64,000 nucleotides of DNA from Macrostomum lignano (Eukaryota), in contig NIVC01000709.1 of the NCBI GenBank assembly GCA_002269645.1, positions 124,001 to 188,000 of the forward strand, read 5' to 3'. The notes under the pieces were generated by a model. That model was not told the origin of the DNA and did not search any database. It was given only the letters and a program-made list of their open reading frames with translations. The position numbers and the translations under genes are program-made. Shown here one piece after another: positions 12,030 through 24,690 of this stretch; within the stretch, counting starts at the first letter, position 1, and each line of letters starts with the position of its first letter.

Positions 12030-13187
12030 TTAAATGTTTCCTGGCTGAGACTTGAACTTATTGGGAGCCAGGAGGCTCTGTAAGTTACGTTGCCGTGTAA
12101 AAGCGGGCAGAATGCGGGAGCCTGGTTTATTTTGTAGCTTCTCAAAGTTTTTAGCAATCTCGTTGGCAAGCCAGACCGTAGATGGGTGAAAAGGAAGGAC
12201 CATTGGGATGGGTCGGAGAAGATGATTGTCAACCCTGATGTTCGTGCCTGGCGGTTTGTCAGTCCCTAGTTTTTTAATCCAGATTTCTTCCCTTAGTTCG
12301 ATTTTGTTGTTATTAGGAACATGTTCGATAGCAATGGAGACAAAGTTTGCAATCGAGTGACTGGGGGTGAGAAAGTGCTCAGACCCCGAAGTCACGACCC
12401 TCCTGTTAATATTTGACCTGTGCTGGTTCATTCTATCTCTCATTGTTCTTCTAGTCATACCTACATAGAGGATTTTCCCAGGGTGGCACTGGTTGCAGGA
12501 GATGCCATATATGATGTTCATGGAGCCACAGGACAGGCTCTGAGAGATTAAAAAACCAGAAGCCGGTTTCAGTCCCTGGGCGGAGAGAGCAGGCGGTGAG
12601 TGGGTGCAGCATTTGCAGCGGGATGACCCACAGGGATGGAACCCTTTGGGAAGCAGACCCAGATTGGTCGTTGGTCCTGCAGTCCAGTTCATAAGTATGA
12701 GGACATCCTTTTTGCAGTTTCTAAGAAAAATCTTCGAGTAGCCTAATTGCTTGAGTTCCGATTTTAAAGAATTGAAAGCATCGTTGAAAGACTTGTAGTC
12801 ATCACAGATACGAGCGTACCGAAGGATTTGGGATTTTACTACCCCCTTGAAGGTGTGTGACGGATGGAAGGACTGTCGGTGCAACAATCTATGAGTGTCT
12901 GTTTCTTTTGAAAACAGTTGTGTTGTGAAGCGGTTTTCAGCTTTCCTGATGGTCATGTCAAGGAAACTGACCTCAGTTGATGAGGAGCTGACGGTGAGTT
13001 TGATGTTGGGGTTGATTGAATTTAGGTGTACAACAAATTCTGTCAGAGTTTCAGCCGGGTGGTCCCAGTGAATGAAGATATCATCTATGTACCTAAAATA
13101 GATGTTCGGCTTATAAAGAGCAGTTCTCAGGGCAGTTTCCTCCCAGAGGCTCATGAAGAGACAGGCATAGCTGGGCGCAACTTTCAA
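12030..13187 (-). mobile_element. Penelope-like element: 5'-truncated RT plus GIY-YIG endonuclease, open 385 codons
   Basis: RT motifs APSYACLFM, YFRYIDDIF, VSFLD, thumb SFHP..KSQILRYARIC; Cys motif CGSSRCKCC; GIY-YIG IYGISC..C..YVGMT..R..QH..E..WI..GTN. Starts inside RT motif 4. A (TTTTA)n tract near 11950-11972 may be its 3' end. Confidence 0.95.
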
Positions 13188-13213
13188 AGTTTCGAAGTTT
13201 CAAAGAATCCGAG

Positions 13214-13420
<207 letters not shown>

Positions 13421-13532
13421 AGATAGAGAAGCCAAAGTTTGTCAACACTTGCTTTAGACATGTTTAAAAAGACTTAATCTGTGTGGCACCCCAGTTGACG
13501 AGATCAATGCTTGCCTTAGCTCGTAAATCTTA

Positions 13533-16500
13533 ATTTAACACAAACTTACTCAATTTTTCAAACGTCTATCCTAACTATTCACAAGTTTTTGTTTGAGATT
13601 ACTTCAAATATAAGGATGCTTGCAAAAATAGTTAACCGGGTATTGGAATTCAGCGGGTTCAAAATCCGCGCGGGCATTGACAGCTTGTATAACAAAAGTC
13701 TGTTTGTTCTTTATAGCTTTTTCTGTAAAATTTATACAAAACTTTATTTGAAAGGACTACGTAGATTTACTGATTCTGCCTTACATCTGAATTATTATGC
13801 TACATTTTTGACATTAATTTAAAAAGTATTGCATGCTTATTAGCTAAATACTTCGTGTATTGATCTAGTTACAACTGACAAAAAATTATTGCATAGAGTT
13901 CAGCCCTACACTGTATAGATTGAGTAGTTTTTGTTTTAGTCTGTATTTTACCACTAGATTGCAACACACAACCAATTGTTTTTAGCATGTATTATTAGTA
14001 CATGTACTAGTGCGCAATCGGAATGAAAGTCCTCTAAATACAATTTAAGTCATTCTATCAATCTAAAGCGCACCCAAAAACTGTTTCTAATTTTGTGTTT
14101 GGGAATTTTCCCAGCTGAGCCAGCTCAGCAATATGCAGCCAGAATTTTTCCGTTGGTATGACAACGGGGGTAGCGCTTCCTGCCTCTTTGGAGGTGACGC
14201 ATAAAAATTGTAAGGAGCCCATACCCATGTTGCAATTATATGTTGCTTGACAAGAATTTTTCTGGTATAGTAAACCAACTGCATGCAGATATGTATTTTC
14301 TGCATGTAATTTCTAGTCGCTACACACAATGAAGGTCACTACAGCGAGAAGTTCCACTCGTGTAGTGCAGTAATTCCGCTCAGCCGTTGACAACGTACGA
14401 GACCCGTAGGCGATGACCTTCTCTGATCCGTCTAGCTGCAGTTGAGAGAGGACGCCTCCAATTCCCACTGACGAACTGCCATCCGTATCTAGTACGAACG
14501 ACGGAGCATCTGGAGCAAAGTTTGGATATGCCATAACTTGGTCGCTTGTCAACGCTTCCTTCATCTGCCGAAACGCCTTGTCTTGAGCAGGGCCCCACTG
14601 AAAGCGCGACACAGACCTTGTCAGCTCCGATAACTGCTCTGATTTGCGCGAAAAATCCGAAATGAATCGTCGGCAATAACCAACAGTTCCGAGAAACGCT
14701 TGAACATCCTTAACGGTACTTGGTGTCTGCCACTCATGAATCGCTCGGATTTTACTAGGATCGGTTGCCACGCCGGCCGCCGATACTACATGTATATGGC
14801 CCAAAAAACTCAATTCCGCACTGAGCAGCTCACATTTTTGGGTTCGGCTTCAACTTAGCCTCCAGCTAAGCCGTCGAAATATCTCGTCAACCTTTCAATG
14901 TGCTCTTCCACGGTTTTCTAATATACTAGGAAATCATCTAAATACACTAGACAAGTCTTCCACGATAGCGGATGCAGTACCGTCTGCATAATGCGGCTGA
15001 ACGTAGCAGGCCCATTAGTCACCCGAACGGCATCACCAACCATCGGAACTAGCCACTACAAAGGGAACTACGCTCGTACAAAGGCTGTCTTGTCGCGGTC
15101 CTCCAGCGCCACTGGCACCTGATGGTAACCTGACCGCAAATCTCGGCAACGAAAGAGCATCTTTAACAGTCACTTTGTTGAATCGGCGATAATTCATGCA
15201 CAACCGTAACGAATTGTCCTTCTTTCTGACGCACACAATCGGCGAGCTCCATGGAGACATAGCTTCCTCGATCTTCCCTTGCGTTGGTAGCTTAATCCAA
15301 TTGTTCGTCGACTTCGGCTCGGAGATGCGGTGGCACCTTGGTGCATGATTGATCTTGTAGTCCATGTTTCTTTCCATTGTTCACTCATTCGTCACCGTGG
15401 TTACTGCCAGATCCGTCGCGAAAACATCGCAGTTCCGCTGCATCAGCTCTTTGAACTGAGTCACCTGTTCGGTCGACAATCCGCAGTTTCTCCAACTTCT
15501 CAGGCTCTTCAGTAGATCGTCTGAGAGCTCACTCTCGTCCTTTGGTTTCTCCTCCATCATTGCAAGCGTCACTGGCTGCAGTGGATCTAAGGGGTGGTAC
15601 CACCCTACAGTATCACCTTGGTTGCTGGTGACTGGCTAGTCTGAGAAGTTTGCCAACCGAATCAGAACTCTGACGCTTTCCGACGGCATCACCAGTGACC
15701 TAGCTAGCACCACCGTACCCGCTCGCTTCTCCTTCGGACTTTCCTCGAGCACTCCTGGACTTCTTATTAGCTGACCTCTTCCGCCCTTTACCCGGAAACG
15801 CCCTGCTGCCAGCTTCTCGAACCCCGGCGGAACAACGATTCGCTCCGATGCCAGGACCCTACGCACTGTAGCTGACCGCCGATGAAAACGCAGAAGGACT
15901 GACACCCAGGATATGCAGAACATTTTCTTGAAAATCTACTTGACACCCCTGCTGCAGGAGAAAATCGGCTCCCATAAGTAACTCGTAGGAGACGAGGGGG
16001 GCCGTAGCCCAGCTGCTCTGGTGTGCCAGCGACCGAGGCTCGATTCCAAGTGCAGTCACATTAATTTGGGGCTGAATTGGAATCTCGGCTTGGCTCTGCT
16101 CGTGCAATTAACGGCCTTGAGAGCCAACCCCCCAAGGCGCAGTGAAGTGTACATGCCTAACGATAATATAAAGTTAGGGCCGCTCGCTGTACACTCCTGT
16201 GTGAGTGTGTGCCTGCGTACGCATCCGCGCGCTTGTGTGCCTGCTCAGGGGAGTCGGCGGAATGGGCAGTAATGCCTCTCGCCGGTGTGTGCCTATGTCG
16301 CTTAAAGTGCGCCAGGGTGCACACAACCCCCCTGCCTCTAATAAAAAAACTCGTAGGAGACTTACGGCGACACTAGGGGATACTTGCTTCAATTTTACTA
16401 AGGATGCTGGGGAGCTTGCAGATTGCGGTGATCAATTTATTGGGCTACCGTTGGCGGCGTTGATGGTTGATTCGTGGTGTTTCGATATGGCTGTAGAGTC

Positions 16501-16593
16501 AGACATACTACTGGTCACTTGATGGAGCAATGCTTCACTAATTACTGTCACAGCTGCACCCGAATCTACACACGCAGAAACTATACTCGTCCT
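13533..16593 (+). repeat. Segmental duplicate of 1-3058
   Basis: Same ORFs at offset 13532 (57..290 = 13589..13822). About 7 SNP or 1-bp indel differences noticed. Confidence 0.97.
15994..16347 (+). mobile_element. tRNA-derived SINE in the Gypsy protease (copy 2)
   Basis: Same as 2460-2812; TSD AACTCGTAGGAGAC at 15980-15993 and 16348-16361. Confidence 0.85.
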
Positions 16594-17962
16594 CCAATCA
16601 GACACGAAACGTATACGCTCGTCGGTTGCATTGTCAGACTCGGACGCTCGACTTCCTACTCGGCCAGCTCACCAATTAGGGGAGGTTTGGCTGCTTGGAT
16701 CAGAGGCCCTGGGTCCCCTTCCCAGGACCGCCGCTGAAGTTTCCCGACAGGCAATTCCTTGCGATATGGCCTATCTGAATACAGTTGCAGCAGCGTCTCG
16801 CACCGTAGGCATTCGTGCTGTGGCCTTGCACCGGGGGTTTCGGGACACTCGCGAATTCGATGGCCCCGTTTTCCGCACCTAAAACATGGACCAGACTGCC
16901 TTGGCGGCTGCGCTGCGGAGCGATTTGGAGTCGCGACATACGCGCAGGCGCCTTCATCGCTCGGCATGCCAGGCCCTGGGCCGCGCGAATGCGCAGACAG
17001 CGCCGCCGGTCTATGGTGCAGCAGCCGGAGGCATACTCCATGCCGGGGTCAACCGCTTGAGCTGCTCTTCGAACTCATCGATTCGGCGTTGAAGTGCGCC
17101 CAGGCTCTCCTGCCCGGATGGTCTCGTGTCCACAGCAGCAATCCCGGTGACGGTCTTCTTGGTGCTGCTCTCGGGCCCTGAAGACCTGGATGCCAGTTTC
17201 GCGGCTTCCTTCCGCCGCACGCAGCGAACAGCATCCGTAAAGGTGGTGGGTTGCTGCAGCATAACGTACTCTTTGACATGTTCCGATGCTCGGATGCCCT
17301 TTTTAAAGCGATCCCTTGCAAAAAAGTTGATGATTCCGATCGACATGTCTTCATCTCGGTACGCGTTCCTTGCTAACTCTAACAGCATATCTGAATAAGT
17401 CTCATACGACTCGCCCTCTTTTTGGACTCGCGACTCCAAAGTCCTCGGCCGTGCGATGCTGCAACCTCTCCAGGAGTGAGTGCATCGGTGAAGTCATCAT
17501 TACGTGGCATCCTCCTCCAGCAGAATATTCTCAGCTGCCGCAAAAGCCGTAATTAGATCCAATAAGCTGAGGAGAATTGGGGCCGGCGATCATATTCCAC
17601 TATAAATCTGCGATGCTTCAGAATAGGCATTGAACCTCTGAAAACCATAGCCTAAAATTAGCTCCAATGCAGTACTTCGGGGGCTTCGCTGGCCGCTGTA
17701 CATTCTGTGCCACATTGATGTCCTGCTGCAACGCCGGACGAACTGACGCCGATATTAACTCCACGAGTCTATTCACACCTTTGTCTCCCATCACGACAGC
17801 GCAATCGTATGCTCGACACCGACAGAAAAACGACGTAAAATGACACTAACACTTTCGCAACAAAAAAAGAATCCCTCCTCCCAACAGAGCCCTAGCAGCA
17901 CTAGCTAATCTGAACAAATTCTAACACAATCTCATAAAAAACACAAAGACAACACTATCTTG

Positions 17963-17974
17963 GTCACGGCACCA
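17963..17974 (-). promoter_or_regulatory. Primer binding site, tRNA-His
   Basis: TGGTGCCGTGAC one base after the LTR-terminal CA; complementary to the eukaryotic tRNA-His 3' end (GUCACGGCACCA). Confidence 0.85.
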
Positions 17975-17975
17975 A

Positions 17976-18702
17976 TGTTGTGTCCCGAGACGGACCAGCA
18001 GGCCTTAACTCACGCTCAGTACGAGCAGGGAGGGCTAGCACTTCAGTCCCACTGTTTACCAACCCCCAGTCGCGCTGCACGCACAGATTGAAGGCCAGTA
18101 CCAGGGTCGCGGCGAACGCACAAGACCTGGTAACAGATGCCTAATCTGGACCCCAAAGAACGCACACAAAGACTCGTACACTTACGCGACCGCTGCCGAA
18201 TTTGAGACGCCTCGCTGCTGTCGCTCTAATCAACGATTCACTTTTATAGCCGTAAGTCTATGTCTACTGTGACTGTCTACTCTTGTTTATTTCAGTTGTT
18301 ATTTAGGGGCAGTGGTATTTTAGCACTCGGCCCAAAATAGCTAAAATTGTAAAATTGTAAGCGGCGAGGCGACAGGGCGCGCGACCCTTATACAGTGAAT
18401 ATGAAAGTACGAGTAGTAGAGTAGCGACCCTAAGCCGACAGATAGTCAGAAAGAGAAAGAGAGAGAGAGCGGAGTGCAACCCAATGCCTGGCCAGAACGC
18501 CACAGCAGAGCCAATCAGCACGCGGGGAGGGGTAGAAAACTGACGCAAGAGGGCGCACGAGGAAGAGGGGGGCTTAGGCGCAGACGAGTGTAGGGACGAA
18601 ATGAGTCAATCAGCAAGCAATAGGTGAATTAAACATGAGTGCGAAGGGACGAAAAAAGTAGCAAAACGAGTGCACGTACGCCGTGCACCCGAAATCACCA
18701 CA
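17976..18702 (-). mobile_element. 5' LTR (727 bp) of the Gypsy element
   Basis: Begins TGTGGTG and ends CACAACA (6/7 inverted match) directly before the PBS; internal TATAAAAG and AATAAA. The upstream boundary is inferred from the terminal motif, since no second LTR is available. Confidence 0.75.
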
Positions 18703-19455
18703 TTTCAATTAGCTATTAAAAGTCCGAAAAAGTTTTTAACGAAGTGCACTCATTGAAAAAAGCAACCAGGATGCCTTTGAAGTATAAAAGCTATCACGGC
18801 TTCAGGGCGCACTACTTGGACTCTTAAGCGCCCGGCGCCTCCCGTCGCCTCTAAAAAAATTCCCACTGGGATATTTTACCTGTACATACACATGTATGCA
18901 TACTTTAAATTTTGTTTTAACATACGCTAGAAAGCTAGAATGCTTTTTGCGTCGAACTATATGTCGATCTAAACGAATAGCGATAATAGTAGGCCGCGGG
19001 TTTCTCACGCTGAAAAATTCGAATATTTGCATACAGCAGTGTGTATGTAAAATGCATAAACATTTTTCAAGTTAGCAGCGCTTACGAACAAGTCGAAATT
19101 CCGGGCTGATGGTATCGGCAATGTGTTGTTGTCTAAACCAAATATGTCCCTTAGATAGCATATTTCAAGTATACTGTATCACTGACTTCATCTACACGTC
19201 TACATGGCTTTATTTTGCAACGAGAAATTAATACCAGACAGTTTAGAAACTAAACTTTTCTGCTTTGCTTCAAGCGCTTGTATATAAGCCAAACAAACTG
19301 TATTTTCATGAGCTACATACATGTACACGCAGGGATGCCAAAAGAATAGATAAAGAAAAGTGAATTTAAAACTGCACTACAGGCCCTACTGATTCACACC
19401 AGTGAAACAAACACAGCTGTAATCAGAAACTCCTAGCCATCAAGCATCAGCAGAA

Positions 19456-20943
19456 ATGCCATCCACTGAATCCAGCGGCAGTCTGGGTGAGTCCACAGAA
19501 CTCCTGACTCCGGACAGAAGGTCGCGGATGAGCGGCTCCAGCAAGGTATCCGTGGCCATGCTGCTCGTGATGAAACTCTGCGGCAACATGTACGAAAATC
19601 AAATGGCCACGTTTGACGTAAAAGCGTTCAATCAGACAGCTGCCAACGCCGGGATTTGCGTCTACGAAAAGCAGACGCCGACTAGCATGCTCAATATTGT
19701 TGTAATCGCCATGGCAATTGCAGCGCTTTGTTTACCAACTCTGGGCGGCCTGCTGTCCGATGCTTTCCTCGGGTGCCTCAGGACTCTGTGGATCGGCGTC
19801 GGACTGCAGCTGTGCGGCAGCGCCATGCTGACGGCCTTCGACTCGGCTGGCCTGATTTGCCGGATGCCGATGTACCTGCTGGCCTGGGTTCCCGTTCTGC
19901 TGTTCCTGGGCTTCAGCGACTCGCTGACGCTCTACGCGCCGATGCAAATCGCCACGAGCAGCCGCACCAGGCAGCTGCTGCTCTGCCTGTACTTTTTTGC
20001 CGCGGCCACCGGCGAGACGATTGGCAACGTGCCATCCATGCTGAAGTACTTCACGGAGAGAAGCTACGAGTACTTGTGCGTCGTCTTCGCCGTCTGCAGC
20101 TTTCTTTGCCTGACGGTGCTGACGTTGCAAAACAAAGACGCCGTGCTGAGACATGAAAATGTCGAGAACTTTGTAATGCCTCGAAGAAAGCGGCTGATAA
20201 AATTTTATCTGATCGCAGCGGGCACGATTCCCCATCTGGCCTCCATAGTGATGTGCCGAATCACTCTTTACTGGTACCAGATCCGGCTGTTTACTCACGC
20301 TTACGGCGACAAGGACGTCCTGGCCTACTTTATCCCGCTTGGTGGCTATCAGACAGCTACGATTTCCTTGAGCCTGCTGGGAGCAGCTGCAATCTACAAG
20401 CTCGGAGCACCTGGCTGGGCGAGCTTAATGACTCGCATTCGAGCCGGTCTCTGCCTGATGACCGCCTCAAAAGTCCCGCTGATGCTGTTGAGTCTGCTCG
20501 ACTTCCATCAGGTGATCAGCATGGAGAGCTGGAGCTCCGTAACAGTTTGGACCGTCTACTTCGTGTCCGCCTTTTGCGACGGAGTCACCAACGTACTCAC
20601 CACAATGGCCATCTACGAGATGATCTACCGCATTGCTGACGCCGGCACCAAAGCGACCATGGTGGGCATTTTCTACACGGTCTGGGGACTCGCTGTCTTC
20701 CTCAACGGCGCCATTCTGCTGTCTCTGCAGGCCTGCAACGTGCTGCATTTGGACCTTAACGACAGAGTGAAGCCGAAGTCGCACTACGCCTACGGCTGCG
20801 TCATCTGCCTGCTGCTGATCGAAATCGCCTACTGGGAGAAGATCTCGTGGCCTCTGGCCTCCGGGCTGCTGTCGGATCACGAGGCTGAGGAGGCCGAAGG
20901 GCAGGATGGACCTCAGCTGAGCTCATTTGCCGGGCGGGACTGA
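19456..20943 (+). CDS. Intronless MFS transporter, divergent POT/PTR2 (SLC15-like), 495 aa
   Basis: GC-rich open ORF with about 11-12 hydrophobic segments. LGGLLSDAFLG matches the POT GGxxAD..G motif; YEMIYRIADAGTKATMVGIFY matches LEFAY..AP..M.S..MGLF. Paralog at 60378-61862. Confidence 0.85.
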   Translation: MPSTESSGSLGESTELLTPDRRSRMSGSSKVSVAMLLVMKLCGNMYENQMATFDVKAFNQTAANAGICVYEKQTPTSMLNIVVIAMAIAALCLPTLGGLLSDAFLGCLRTLWIGVGLQLCGSAMLTAFDSAGLICRMPMYLLAWVPVLLFLGFSDSLTLYAPMQIATSSRTRQLLLCLYFFAAATGETIGNVPSMLKYFTERSYEYLCVVFAVCSFLCLTVLTLQNKDAVLRHENVENFVMPRRKRLIKFYLIAAGTIPHLASIVMCRITLYWYQIRLFTHAYGDKDVLAYFIPLGGYQTATISLSLLGAAAIYKLGAPGWASLMTRIRAGLCLMTASKVPLMLLSLLDFHQVISMESWSSVTVWTVYFVSAFCDGVTNVLTTMAIYEMIYRIADAGTKATMVGIFYTVWGLAVFLNGAILLSLQACNVLHLDLNDRVKPKSHYAYGCVICLLLIEIAYWEKISWPLASGLLSDHEAEEAEGQDGPQLSSFAGRD

Positions 20944-21895
20944 CGCGTGGATCGCTTGCACTTCTTATGTGCAGTACATTCAGTAATTCTTCAGAGTAGA
21001 TACAAAGTGCAAGGCTTAGTGATTTGAATGCTTCTGTTGCGAGTAATTTTGAGCTGAAAAAAACAACTGTCACGAGGTTCACAAGAACTGACAAATTTAC
21101 TATTTAAACTTTATTTTACAGCTCCAATAAACTTAATCTTCTATCATGCAAATTTTGTAGCATAAAATTTGATTCGAATTTGTTTGTGCTGTTATCCATC
21201 TATCAAACTCCGAGAGATGCACTCGGCAACATGCTTAAGTTTCCACCACGCCTGCGGTTCTCGTCTCAACTGTGGGTGATGCGATTTGCGTCACAAGGCC
21301 CCCAAGGCCCCAGCTCAGGCTGTTAAGGAGAAAGCGGAGAGCGATGGCTTTTAGAGTTGAAAATTAACTAAGGCTGCCACTTGCTGACCACTGTTTTCGG
21401 GGTGAAACATGTTGCTGGGGGACCTTGCTTTGAAAACTTAACATATAAGGCTCGTTCATACTGCTCGGACTTGTACACCAATTTTCGTTGGCTTTGTAAA
21501 CTAGCTGTGCTACCTAATAGCAGGGACCACTAGGTAAACTTGTTCTAGTCTAATAGTCCTTGTTTAATTGCAGAGTGAGGGGCCGCAAAGACGGCCACAC
21601 GCAGTCAGTCGATCTGCCAAATGCAAAGTTAAGATAATCTTCGCTTCAAAACTGTACTTGAGTCGAGAGAGCAAAAGCGTACATTTATAGAATCCTAACT
21701 AAGCGCGGGGCCACATGCATGCTCCGATTGTGTGCAGCTGTGTAAAATTGCTGTGAGCGCTGTGATACGAGCTACGCTGTAATAAACAAGTCAGTCAGCT
21801 GTTTTTGAATGCTATATTCAAGCTTTTAATCAAAGCGACAATTTTATGGTAGAAGGCTACGTAAAAGCTCGAGCACAACTCCATTTGCTAGAGGA

Positions 21896-23631
21896 ATGAA
21901 AGCCAAAAACCTCGTCCTCGGTCTAGCGGTGGCGGTGGCGGCCGCTGCCGCACTGCTGGCCAACAGCGGCCTGCTGCACTCGGCGCTTCCCGGCGGAATC
22001 GAAGACCCGGAGCCGCTGCAGCGCATTCTGCCTACGTTCAACTTTGTGTTTTACACCGGCGTTGCCTCATGGATGCTGGGCGCCACTCGGAAAGTGTTCG
22101 AACCTGCCAAGTTTCTGTTGCGAATCATCAGGTCGAGCAATGCGGCCGTCAGCTTTCCTGAGCTTGAGTCTCGAATTGAGAGCATTACAAGGGTGAGCAA
22201 TGGGGCGCAGGGTAGCTCTGCGGTTAAAGTGTCTTAACTGTACGGATCGACCGTCCCTTGATTTGCGAGAAGTATTACCGTTGAAGCCATTAGAGTTAAT
22301 CCGTAATGTGACGTTGACTCCCGCACTGAAGGCTGACGGATCGCAGCTCACACTGAAGATCGATGCTCCAAACAAGCAGCAGATGAAGTCGCAGAAACCA
22401 TCGCCCGCCATCCTATTCCTGCACGGCGGAGGCTATGTGCTCAACAGCCCGGCTGAGTACAGCTACCTTACTGGGAACCTGTCCTCCAGCCTCGGCGTGC
22501 CAGTCTTCTCGCCCGACTATCGCAAGAGTCCGGTGTGGACGCATCCAGCTGCGCTGGAGGACGCCCTGGCGACGCTGCGCCACCTGCGGTCGAATGCCGA
22601 GGCTTACGGCATCGATCCCGAGCGGCTTCTGCTCGGCGGGGACAGCGCCGGCGGCCACCTCAGCATCGGCGTCACCCTGCGGCTCCTGCAGGCTGGCGAG
22701 GCCGTGCCGTCGGCCCTGCTGCTCATCTACCCTGCCACGCAGCTCGTCACTTTCTGCCTGCCCAGCCACCTGGAGAATCGATTCGACGTTTTCTTGTCCG
22801 AGTCGACGGCGTGCGCATTTCGACTGGCCTACCTGGTTGGCGACACGGCCGACGTGCCGGTGTGGAAGGCCAGCAACCACAGCAGCCCCTCCATCAGGTA
22901 GGCGGTCTGGACACATCATTTTTAGTGCTTCCCTTCTTTAAACTACAGAAGGGGGTTTTGCAGAGCTTTCAGAAGCTCAAAGCTAAACATCGTAGAGATT
23001 TCTAATCGCACTGGGAAGTGACTAGCAAGCTGCAAATATCCAAGCCTAAGCAATGCCCGCAACCATTAGACAACCATGACTGCTTTGTACCCCGAGTGTA
23101 CTTTGAGGACGCAGTCGAATGTAGACATGCAGCATTCTGTTGATGCTTGGAGCAGTTACATGTAGTTCATCGCTGCGACACCGCTCTGCCACGAAGCCCA
23201 GCATTCAGTCCCGTCAGCACTCGCATTACAGGTCGGAGTTGGCCAAGAAGTTCGGCCTGCCCCAGCTGGCCAGCCAGTGCCCCAAGGACATCGGGGGAGC
23301 CGGACTGGACTGGGCCATCAGCCGGTACGAGTTCGCCTACAGGGACTGGCTGCTGTCTCCGCTGTTCGCTCCGGACGAGTTGCTGGCGAAATTTCCACCC
23401 AGCCTCACGCAGACCTGCCAGTTTGATGTACTGCGCGACGAGGGCCGCATGTTCCACGAGCGGCTGGTGCGAGCCGGCGCCGCAGGCGGTTCCAGAAGCC
23501 ACAGGCACCGGCGCTACGCCTCAGTGCACGGCATGTACGGCTTCCTGCGGGCCGGTCACGCACCAGCCGTTGCCGCAATGGACGAAGCCAAGACTTTCGT
23601 TGCTTCGGTCCTCGGACTGGACAAAAACTAG
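21896..23631 (+). CDS. Arylacetamide deacetylase/NCEH1-like esterase (HSL family), 3 exons
   Basis: Exons about 21896-22192, about 22290-22897, and 23232-23631. Intron 1 boundaries uncertain; intron 2 is GT-AG and phase-consistent. N-terminal hydrophobic anchor, HGGG, GDSAGG, catalytic D (FDVLRDEG) and H (HGMYG). Confidence 0.9.
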
Positions 23632-24084
23632 AAAATTTGTAGCCGTTTTTTACTCACACAATCGGAGCATCCCCGCGGTCCTTGGCAGGCACATGAAACT
23701 CTTAAGGCAGAGAGGAACAGAAACTCGCTAAAACAAATCAAAATGCTATAAAAACAAATGGGCAAGGATATAATCAAGATTTCGTAACAAGACTGCCGTC
23801 AACGGGTGTCAAACAAGGACTACTGAAGTAGAGAGACGGGAAACTGTGTTTCTAGGACAATTTAGGAGGCAGGTTTTACCGAAAAAATAAATTATGGAGA
23901 ATGGAGGCTTTCACTTTTCAGCACAAAAATTGTTATTGCTTTCGATAGGAGGCAGACCCAATGATCATCTTTTGATACGTGTCAGAAAAATTCCAGGACA
24001 GCACAGCACAGCTTTTGGATGCACTATCAATTTGCAGCTTGTTGCAGGCTGTAGCAACATATAAACTTTCGTGTTAAGCAACGA

Positions 24085-24690
24085 ACCAATCTAAATTTTC
24101 TGGTCCGATTCGGAAAATCGCCCTCGGAAGCACTTGTATTGCTGCAACAAAGTGTATGGAGAAAATGCTATGTCTTGCTCCTGAGTTTTTGAGTGGCACA
24201 AGCGATTCAAGGAGGGGCCGGAGGTCGAGGACGACACCAGGAGTGGAAGATCTTCAACGTAAGATGTCAGAGGCGTTGTCCACATGGAGTTTCTGCGCCA
24301 AGGCCAAACCATCAATCAGCATGTGTACGAGTACAAAGGGATTCTGCAGCAACTGCTTCCTTCAGTGCGAGACAAGAGACGCGATTTGTGGGAAGCCAAC
24401 TCGTGGTTCCTTCATCAGGACAATGCGCCAGCTCACTATGTGTCAGGCAGTATCTGGCGAATAGGAATGTCACAGTGCTAGACCAGCCTTCATATTCGCC
24501 CAATCTAGCTCCCTGCGATCTTTTCCTATTTCCCATGCTCAAGGATGTTCTCAAAGGTACTCAATTTCCTGATGTTGATACCATCAGAAGGGCCACGACG
24601 ACAAAACTGCAAAGTTATTCCCAAAGAAGCCTTCCAGGGCTGCACGGAGAATGGACAAGTGCGTTCGGCTCAGGGGGGGAGTACTTATAT
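24085..24690 (+). pseudogene. Mariner transposase relic with internal deletion
   Basis: LKFLVRFGKSPSE..VFEWHKRFKEG..VEDD.RSGR joined to RGVVHMEFLRQGQTIN..FLHQDNAPAH..DQPSYSPNLAPCDLFLFP.LK. Frameshifted. Confidence 0.9.

Larger units (their letters stand above)
14313..17975 (-). mobile_element. Decayed Gypsy/Ty3 internal region (gag-pro-RT-RNase H), copy 2
   Basis: gag capsid-like ESRVQKEGESYETYSDMLLELARNAY..FFARDRFKKG; two CCHC knuckles CFRCGKRGHRIREC and CNCIQIGHIARNC; DSG protease, YLDD, RNase H. 3' truncated, no integrase or 3' LTR. Confidence 0.95.
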
